Shown here in pieces: positions 54,323-64,000 of a stretch of 64,000 bases of DNA. Source of the stretch: Styela clava (Eukaryota); NCBI RefSeq assembly GCF_964204865.1, contig NC_135263.1, positions 8,928,001 through 8,992,000 on the forward strand. The letters run 5' to 3'. The notes below the pieces were generated by a model, which worked only from the letters and a program-made list of their open reading frames with translations, did no database searches and was not told the DNA's origin. Each line of letters opens with the position of its first letter. Position 1 is the first letter of the stretch. Made by a program: the position numbers and the translations under genes.

Positions 54323-57300
54323 ACGAATAAAAGAACTCGTGAAATTGAAAACGAACGACAGAGTGAAAATAACTAAGATGATGTTCTTTATTTTCCGCAC
54401 CAAACATTCAAATTAAACTCAAGCAGTGTCAGCGGCGTTCCGCAATATTCAATTTAAATGTCTTAACCACGTCGGCTGCTTTATTTTTATTTTTTTGTCT
54501 TGAACTGCTAAGAATCATCGTAAATTTTGAATTATATAAGCTTGGTTTTGTACAGTACGTCCTCATCTCAAGGCAAGTATGTACAGCGCCTGATGGCATG
54601 GACATTTCAAACCATATAATATTAGTTTATGTTCACGTTTGGGTCAATTGTTGTATTATCTTTCTATCGATGGTAGAATGAATTACTCGCGTTCGTCATT
54701 TGGCGACACCCGCCTGTCCACGTCCGAATTATATTCAACGCAAGCTATTTTGACCAACTGGATCAATTTAGAGCTAACTACGGACATGTCAAATTTCGCG
54801 TTATTAATATACGATAAAACTCATTATTTCACTGCGAAACGGGAAGGGTAATTTTGCTTGTCTCAATCTTTTAATAATTCTGTTTATGAAAATCATGTCT
54901 AATTTCGTTGCATATAGTTTCTCTGGCTATCACAACTTTATAATTATCTTTGTATTGCGTTTATTGGTATATCTGTATTGTCTTTTTTAACGAAAATCAT
55001 TCGAAAAAAATTCTTGATAACCCTGCATTTTTCAAATAAAAATGGATTTATAGGGGTGTGGGTCCCAGTTATAAAACATGTATGAATTTGTATTTTGACC
55101 CACCTTTGGCACGGCTTGATTGCTTTATAAATATTTAGTGGTCATATGTGAATTATAAAAAAAATGAAAGATTGTTTATTATTGTTTCATAATTGTCGAT
55201 GTATTATGACGTAACAATTTATAATGTTGTTAATGAGATCAACTAACAAACGCCAGATTTGTGATTTAATATTGATATGTAGATTAAATCCAACTACCCG
55301 AAGTGATGAATGGTTGTAAACTATGTAGTATTATATCGAAATAAAAATAAACTAACCCAACCGGTGTGTACGCATACGCGCAGTGTTTATCTCGAAATTG
55401 GCCGTTTTTTCAACGAGCTTTTGTAATATTTGTTAATTTTATGTAAATTCTCAAAACGTTGTAGGATGAAATGTTATAAATTAAAAATCATTTTGTTGGG
55501 ATTTTTTGATTGCTTTCCTAATATTTTCTCATTTTTTGCTCATTGTGTGCTCTGGTAACCAATTATTTTTTTTCTCAAATTTAGGTCGAGATTATGAATT
55601 CACCCCAAAAGATTTTTTTCACCCAAAAACATTCCTGGGTTTAGGACCACAAACACCATATGATCACATAATGCTGAACTTTATTCCAGTGCAACTTAAA
55701 TACTTCGTTATTTATTGTGCTTTTACGAGATATACCCCATTCATGGACCGAAGAGTGATTTTTCGATGACCATCATGTGGCAGTCCTTGACGATCATCTT
55801 AATACTCATAACTTACTTGTTTTGTTATCTGTCTTGTTACAATTAGTTAATTCATTCCTATTCCACCTACATTATCGGACATAATAAACTTATTAAACAT
55901 GTGTGAAGTGTTGCATTTTTTAAACGTAGTTGTACTTAGCCAAGATGAAAATTATGTGTCTTAACCAGAATTCTATCCGCCTTGCTATTGAATTACTCTT
56001 AACCGGTGCGTACTGTTAACTCACAGACTAGAATTCATCCCGTAGCATCGACTTCTCGTTCACTTCTGTAAAAATCCCCAATCAGCACAGCATTAATTTA
56101 GTTGTGACGTAACAATCGGTAATTTATGCAGTCGTCCAAATATTATTTTAACGCGATTAATTAAGCACGTTTCGTTTTTTCAGTTTCGCGTGCACTATTT
56201 TTAAACGTTTGCAAAACTTGGGTATAAACGATGCGAACACACTTCAAATGAGCATCGAAAAATTTGCAATAATGAGGAATGGACATATTCTGGGGTCAAG
56301 GATCAGGGAAACATCCAATCATTCGGTTGTCAGACGTTGGTCCGTCGGTGTTTCAAACATTTTAGCATGGTTATGTGACATTCGATCAGATCTCGATGGT
56401 ATACGAAGCATCTTTCGCCGAAAATTACCGCTTCAAATATCTATTTCGACCCACCTGTGCTATCCAGATCGTCTGTCCCGTAGTAATCTATAGCAGTTAT
56501 TGTGCACTCACAATATTCAGGTAAAACATTTTTACTGAGATCAGGCTCAAAAATTTAACAGTGTAATCAAATCGAAATAATAAATATTGGAAACAAAGAC
56601 AGTTATGCGTATGATCGAATATTTATAGGTTCACATTTCACTAATTCGGCACCTTCACCGCCTTCTCGCAACGAAGTACTGTACGATTTCCGGCAACAGC
56701 AGCAGCAAATCGAATGTACATAAGAATGTATTATCCTGCGATGATATGGACCTGAAGTGTAAGATTCTGGTCAGTAATTTTAAACAAAATAGTTTATAGA
56801 TAATTATTCAGAAGACGAAGTTTTTGAAAAATCTAATAATTGAACTACAAAGAAAGAGATAAAAAAAATTCGAGGCTCGTCTTGCACTATAAACAGTTCA
56901 TATATATATATATGTCTACTACGTTTTTATCAGTATTTTCCAGTTTACAATATATATATATTCGTTTGAAGTATACTTCATAATTTTAGTGCTTCTGAGT
57001 CTCCAAATTTAATGGAGAAATATTATGGAATTGGGTCATTTTACCACACTTCTCTGTCATCATATTTTGCGGCGCTGGTTACTAAATAAAAAGACGAAAT
57101 GAAGAACGACAAAAATAACCGAAGCAGTATGATATATTTAGAAGAAAATATGCGGAACATAGACTACTTAGAGCAGCGTTCCATCCAGAAAGGAACTTCG
57201 TGGTTTTAGCGGAGGATATTTTACTTCGTATCTGCTTGTAGTATTACTAATAGTTTTGGCCTATTTCGTCTTATTGTAATGATTATTTATGCAGAAATTA

Positions 57301-57578
57301 TATATATACTATTCAAACTGTACAAAAACTAGAGTTCTATTCGTGCGTATCACAAGTTAAAGTCGAATCTTTGAAATTGAGTGACAAATAGAAACATTTG
57401 TTACGAGTATGGGAGGAATGGAGTGTTTAAAATAGACCAATGGAGGTAAGTATAAAAATACGGGTGATATAGGGTGTAGCGATATAACATAATATATAAG
57501 CACTAATTAAACTTAGAGAAAAGGTGAATGAGTCTATCGTTCTGTGCAATATATAATTTCTTAATAGCCTACATATAA

Positions 57579-60500
57579 CTAACTTTTCATGATAATTATG
57601 GCCATTGCAAACATGATTATTGCAATTGCGATAACTGGTAAAACAATAACTTCGGTGTTCATCAATTTTCCCTTGTTTTCTTTTATCTGGAAAATAAAAA
57701 AAAACACTGGTTGTTGATCAAAATCTTTGAACCACCATATTGACAAAACCAAGGGGAACTAAGAATATAACTGTGTATATCAATTCTATTGTTAGTTACC
57801 TGTTTTCGCTTATAAGACAGGATTGATATCTCTTCAGTCCAAAATTTGTATAGGTCTCCAGTTAGGTGACTTCGTACTTCAACCAAATCTTCGTGGCTGC
57901 TCTTTCGTCCAAAACGCATGTACTTACCACTTGAAGAATTATAAGTCGGCCAGGTGACCCGTACTCCATTACTGTTGGGGTTTCTAGCATAAAACGGGAA
58001 TTTTGAAAGCGCGTCGAACGTCTGGGGTAGGAATATTTTAAAAATAACAATCGCTTGCAAGTACTGTAATAGATAACAAGGTAGACGTTTAAATTTTCTG
58101 AGTAACATCAAATAGATATGGTAAATTAATGTGTTAATAAAAAATATAAGAAAATTTAGATTAATATGCTTATTTGTATTTACTTGCACTCGTCTAAGTT
58201 AATAATATGATATATATATATATGCCCCATGAAACGGTGACGAATAGCTTTTGACTTAAGCGATCCCGTATTGAAATGTACGAGTATCTATTCGCAGTAA
58301 CCTGTTTCTTATTAGAAGACATGTAATGACCTATTTTCCTCACCCGGTTTTAGCAAAATTGGTCCAATAAATTATCATTTGCATGCTAAGTGTCTTGTCG
58401 TCTTGACTGGTATCGGAAAAACTAAATGGGGCACCGAAAACATACGGGAGTTCTTCTGTGTGTCTTGCTCCCTCCACCCATTCCTGGCTTTTGTTACGCG
58501 GAATAGCTGAAAAAATAGAAAGTGTAAATCAGAAATGTAAAAATATTGCTTTGGAATTCCAAAAAATATAATATGGACCACTGTGACCAATAGACCATCC
58601 GAATAGAGTGAATAATTTTATTCCGGTAAATTGAAATCCTCACACTTGTTTGATAAAATGTGTCAACGGTATCAATGGAATCAGAACCTTAAAATCCGAT
58701 TAGATTATGCGTCTCAAAGCGTATCGATGGTCCAATGCATTTGCGCGCATTTGCATAGGTGTGTGTTAGACTAATTTTATTTGGCTTTGTGGAAACATTT
58801 CTCACCTAGTTGAGCGTTGATCAATCCATTCGAAGGAGTTTGCACAAAATAATACAAGTAAACATTGGAGCGCATATAAGATGATGCGATATCAGCAAAT
58901 TTGATTGTGGGTGCAAGTAAGGTGAAATCTCTAGTGATATTGAGTGCTATTCTCCTCCATTTGTTTGAATTGTTTTCTTCGGACGAAATGTTAAGATATT
59001 TTTCGATGACAATATCTGTGACCTAATGAGAACAGTTAAAATTCAGTGATGAAGTTTCGTACGGTAGCAGAAATCTGTTCTGCAATATAATATTGTGTTA
59101 TTTGCCTTTAATGTCCAATACTTCGTTTAAATTCACGATGTGCATGAATTATTCAAATAAATATATTTAAATGTTATGTTTTATATATGGAGTAGCAGAA
59201 GAAAGATCCTTAATACAATGCTTCATTCAGTGCCATACGTACTGAAAATTAATGTAAACGAAAACTACATATATATATATATTCTCCGTTTTATTTTAAG
59301 ATCGTTCTCGTGAATATTTTGTCAGTTTTAGACTATGTTCTCTTTTTCTTAGTCAAACTAACCTTTTCTGTGTTGTCATAACTCCGTGCCAAAATTCTAT
59401 TGGTGTAGCTTTGAAGCATACTCAATGATTTTACTTGAGAGATCTCTTCGAACAATACACTAATAACATCCACATCGTTCAAGCCCAAAATGAAATCGTA
59501 TATTCCTCGAAAGTTCTGCTGTTCATTTTTCATAAAAGAATCAGGAAAATCGCCAATAAACTTTTTGTCAACAACAGGCCTCCACTGAAAATTTCTCTGC
59601 AAGCGAACAATTTCAACTGCAGTCAAGTTTTTAAGGCATTCTAACATTTCGTTCTCCGTGAGATCGGAACATGGAGAATTAAGAATAAAATTCTTTGCAC
59701 TTCCTGGTTTGGATATAGCACCTGGAACTAACGTTACTCCACTCTGCGCTATCACCCGTTTGAACAAACTCGGCTGTTTCGAATCACTAGAAGTGGTATG
59801 CAGAGCAAAGGGTGACATCGCTTGTAGCAAGACCGAAACTGCACCTACAGATTCCCCAAATATGGTAACTTGATTTTTGTCTCCTCCGAAATACTCAATA
59901 TATTCTTGAACCCATGACAGAGCAGCATATTGGTCTAGTAGTCCGTAGTTTCCGTTAAACATTCCGTCTTTGGTAATGTTTTCTAGTTAAAAATACCACA
60001 CCGATAGTTGTATATATATATTTAAAGTTATCTATTATTTTCAAAATTTTAAATTGCTACAGGTAAAGGGAGTTTGATAATTAGTATTGTTTATTACTTG
60101 CGCGTTAAAGACATATAATCTCACAATTTACACCAAGACAACTAAAATAATGCACAGAGAGCTGTATATTCTAAAAAAAACTAAGTTTGGCCTTTGTTCA
60201 ATCCTACCCAAACTATTATTCCAGTTGTCAATACTCGAAAGTATGAGCATAAAGTCAAAATTAAATAACTCACTTAGAAGTTCACTTTGCATGAAAAACA
60301 GCATTTTTGTGCCAGGTTCGCCGTACACTCTTGCTTACCTGAACTCATGAATCCCAAAGCCCCCAGTCTGTAATTGAACGTTACCGCAATAACGCTTCCA
60401 AACGTTGCCAATGCATATGCCCTGTATATGTCAGCAGAACTATATCTGTGAACGTATTAAAAATATATATTGAAACTCCAAGATTTATCAGCAAACTTGG

Positions 60501-61710
60501 GATAGCCATCTGGCAAGGACGTAGTTTATTTGAAGACATGGTCGAAGGTCTTCATGTATGCCGGTAATGTATTTAAATTCTTATCAAAGTACGCGGGTAA
60601 ACTTGACATTCATTGATTGAAATTTAATTCAATATGCAATTGCATTTCAATCGACAAAAACATTTTATTTGATGCGATATAGTTTTTGCTATATATATAA
60701 TATATATACATGTTTAATTCGTATTATTCTGATTGATAATAATCAGCATTGCAGTTGAGAGCTAGCTCAATTGATTCTTAATTGTTTGAAGAATAACAAA
60801 AATATTCACAATTTTACAGAAGGACGATCAAATATCATGGAAGTTCTGGAAAAGTATCGGTTATGATCTTTATCAGTCAAAATTAAAAACCAAGTTCACT
60901 CAGTTAAGAGTGTTACTTTTTAATAAGCCAGAACTTAAATATATCTCAAGAATTTTCAGATACATTATGTAAATTTAGTTTTTTACTGGATCCACAAGCT
61001 TAAATTGAATATTTGCAAAATTTTCGAAGCGTAGTTCAAATGATTTTGGATTGATATTACAAAGTTTAAATATATATTATATATATTTTATAAAATGATT
61101 ATTTTTTCGTGAGTGTTAAAAAACTTGAACCGCCAAAAACTCTACACAGGCGACATGAAAGTGCTCGAACTTATGGAAACAAAAGTCAAGAATCGTTCGA
61201 AAAAGATTATTTCTCTTAATATAAATCAATATAATATCAGGCTTAGCTTCCCCCATGGACCCGATTTACTCACATCCAAGCGCCACCATGTATGAACACC
61301 ATAACTGGCTGGAGAGGTGCGTCAGTAGATCTATGCTGGCGATAAATATTTAAATATAGGCAATCTTCATTTCCAATTACTTTGCTTGCATCAGCTGTCG
61401 GGTCTGACAAAATTGCCAATTGGGGGCAGTTAGGTCCGTATGTCGTGGCATATGGTTTCTCGTGTTGCCACCCATCATATTTTTTTGGTGATTTCCATCG
61501 TAAGTCCCCGATTGGAGCCTGAGCGTACGGAATTCCTAAATACTGCTCAACTTTTAAAACTCCACCTAAACTGAAAATTGAGCCTTCAACTGCACCTTGC
61601 TTCAACCGTACAACAGCTCGTTTTTCCTCATTTTCTGTTCCGCCGGAAAATGCAAATAACAGGCACAGGTTAAGCAAAACTATTATTTTTTGTTTATTGC
61701 TGCTCTTCAT
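57579..61710 (-). CDS. Type-B carboxylesterase/lipase (alpha/beta hydrolase), 611 aa, signal peptide and C-terminal hydrophobic anchor
   Basis: Exons 61710-61274, 60445-60339, 59982-59363, 59022-58806, 58506-58344, 57983-57800, 57686-57579, all GT-AG and phase-consistent. Motifs YLGIPYAQAPIGDLRW, EDCLYLNIY, PVMVFIHGGAW, NYRLGALGF, GNYGLLDQ, VTIFGESVGA, IAQSG, GARHTEELPYVFG, YWTNFAKTGNPN. Confidence 0.93.
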
Positions 61711-62745
61711 TCTTGTTTTTCAACGACAAACTGTTTGAAGTGTTATTTTAAACTGTCACGGTGTCATATTATTCAATATATTTTCGTGCCTGGCGGTAAG
61801 GGTCGGACAAAACATCCTAATCTTATGGATATCCCGAGGCTATGTTGCCAGCGGCCGAGTTTATGGCGCCATAGATATCCTCTTGTGAATGTTACGTAAT
61901 TTTATAATACACTATACAGTATTTTGCTAGAATGCTCATGAATGTTAAACTTGATTGCAGTCGTGGGATTTCCATTAAAGTGGCGACATTTTGTGGATGG
62001 TGGCGCTCCATACATAATTCTGAAATCATCAAATTGGGAGCGGTCGCGAACTAGAAAAAATATATGCAATCCCTTTTATAGGGACATGCCATATAGTGAA
62101 CACGACTATCATGATCGTGGTGGAAAATTCAAAGCGCAAGCTTTATCAACAGAATTATTATCAATATAAAATAGGGAAAAAAACGTAAAAAATGTGTGTG
62201 AAAAAAAATAAATTCCGATTACTTGATTTCATCAATGCCGTTTTTGGTATTATTGAAAAAATTAATGTTATTCATACGACGTAGACGTAGAGTGACGTAA
62301 ATCTGTTTTTCGACAAGTGCATTACATGCCCACAAAATCTATAGCATCGTCGTAAATTGCTCAGTTCGGGTATGTACACAATAATATATATAACCTATAT
62401 AGCATTAACCTATATCACATTAAACTGCTTTTGGTATATATATATATATCTAGTTTTAATGTATGGACAAATTTTAATGCATAGCCATTTCCATATTGTT
62501 CTTTCATATTTTCATTACTGATGAGCTTTCAATGCGTATAGTGTTCTTTTGAAATGGCACATTCCAATTTGATTTAATACTTTTCAAATTTTATATTTCG
62601 GTAGTTAGGCTACTTAGTAATATTCACATTAGTGATGGGGTTATTACTTCCGGCGCTCTTAACAGTTTTAATCAGTTATGGTGCAATGAATGCAGCGCTT
62701 TTTAAATGGTGCCGCACTTCTGTGAATTTTAATGGCTTGACGATA

Positions 62746-62985
62746 AAGATACATATTTGTTGTACAATTAATTGAATTGGCATTTAATCACATCAATGGT
62801 AATTTTATTGGAAGGCGTGCGGTATTTACCCTATTAGCTAAATTGAAATTGGTGAAATATCCTACATCCCTACAAGATACATATTTGTTGTGCAATTAAT
62901 TGAATTGGCGTTTAAACACATCAACAGTAATTTTATTGAAAGGCGTGTGGTATTTACCCTATTAGTTAAATTGAAATTAGTGCAA
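62746..62985. repeat. Direct tandem duplication, period 128 bp
   Basis: AAGATACATATTTGTTGT..GGTATTTACCCTATTAG..AAATTGAAATT occurs at 62746 and 62874 with scattered substitutions. Confidence 0.85.
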
Positions 62986-63684
62986 GGATTACAGACGGTA
63001 TATATAATATATCATATATATGTAGGTGATGCAACACGAGAATTTCTTAAAATTAAGATAATAAATACCAATATTTTTAACATATCATAACGTTTGAAGT
63101 ATGAAAAAGTTTGTAGTATATATATTATTAATTGCATCGGTAAATAGTGGCAACTAATACTAGTCATACAATAGATAAACATAACGATATATTAATATAA
63201 CGGTGTCAACATATAGTCATGAAATAATAATTTTCTAACATTTCTGTACGAATTCACAGAAATAAAATGGATGCATCAGTTTTAACTTATTTGACGCCAC
63301 TTTTGTGAAATCTCTTTCAACCTGTCTGCACGGAAAAATTGCCCTTTAGAGAAGTACAAGTTGAAAGTTTCACTTGACTGGTGAGTTGCTCATTGCCATT
63401 CTTTTACATGAAGGAAACATAATATAATAATGCATATTAGAACAAATTGTGCGTGACAGTGAAATATTTCCAAATTCAACTGTATCAAGTCATACATTAG
63501 CAAACTATGTTTCCTTAGCATTGAATGCGTTTTTCTAGCATGACACAGCGGTTTGTAGCAGTTATCTTTTCCCCACCTTTCTGTCTTTAGTTGAATCATT
63601 ATGACCTTGCTTCAAGCAAACTTACACATATCATTTATGAACCTTGCTTATGTCAAAGTCACATTCTCAATTTAGTTCTTTTGA

Positions 63685-63871
63685 TTAGTTTGAATTCTTG
63701 TTTCGCTCATTCGAGACTTCAATTTGATCAAAATCAATCCTTCGAGGCTTTTGTTCTGTGTAGATCCGCTGATCATCCTTCCACCTGGCTTTCATTTCCT
63801 GTTCATATTGATAAGGATGCAGAAGAATTTGCTGTAGTAACGCTAACTCTTGTCCGCTGAACTGTTCAATC
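63685..63871 (-). CDS. Terminal coding exon of an unidentified gene extending beyond the window
   Basis: Acceptor TTTTACAG| then an open frame IEQFSGQELALLQQILLHPYQYEQEMKARWKDDQRIYTEQKPRRIDFDQIEVSNERNKNSN* with protein-like composition. Family not recognised. Confidence 0.6.
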
Positions 63872-63940
63872 CTGTAAAAGTCTGAAAGTGTTTTACAATG
63901 CTGCTATGCAGGTTCAGTTCGGTCTTACTACTTACTGAAT

Positions 63941-63989
63941 AGAGCGCGAAGAGCGCAGGAGAGCGCGAAGAGCGCAGGAGAGCGCGAAA
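63941..63989. repeat. 19-bp tandem repeat x2.5, possibly a transposon subterminal array
   Basis: Unit AGAGCGCGAAGAGCGCAGG repeated at the window edge. Confidence 0.6.
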
Positions 63990-64000
63990 CATCGCAGAAG

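Noticed and set aside
55340-55780. Possible additional non-autonomous DNA transposon fragment
   Set aside because: No matching TIR pair or TSD could be identified by eye.
57168-57260. Minus-strand segment AKTISNTTSRYEVKYPPLKPRSSFLDGTLL*, resembling a cytoplasmic tail with a PDZ-binding end for the esterase (neuroligin-like)
   Set aside because: Its acceptor needs phase 0, while the only candidate donor after the hydrophobic segment (AAAA|GTTAGT) is phase 1. No bridging exon was found.

Overview
AT-rich, intron-containing animal genomic DNA (marine invertebrate, possibly a tunicate; this is inference only). No prokaryotic features, rRNA, tRNA or CRISPR were seen. Most ORF-track entries are spurious, so the real genes were assembled by hand from GT-AG exons. 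The window contains: (1) a two-repeat beta-thymosin/WH2 gene (+, 21784-22630, 79 aa). (2) A six-repeat beta-thymosin gene (+, 50784-54322, 209 aa) whose five internal repeat exons are each exactly 102 nt. It can be extended in frame by three upstream exons (33721-33769, 48433-48528, 49347-49636) into a 358-aa protein with an N-myristoylation signal, a lysine cluster and a BASP1/GAP-43-like acidic region. This putative membrane-tethered multi-repeat thymosin is the main finding. (3) A 7-exon type-B carboxylesterase gene (-, 57579-61710, 611 aa). (4) The last exon of an unidentified minus-strand gene (63685-63871). (5) A probably disabled lectin-like/multi-TM gene in the first 8 kb. (6) Many transposons: hAT non-autonomous elements with 8-bp TSDs, decayed hAT transposases, a LINE endonuclease fragment, a Helentron-type HINE, MITEs with 6-7-bp TSDs, and an internally deleted piggyBac that still carries an open spliced ORF (acidic N-terminus fused to the Cys-rich domain).
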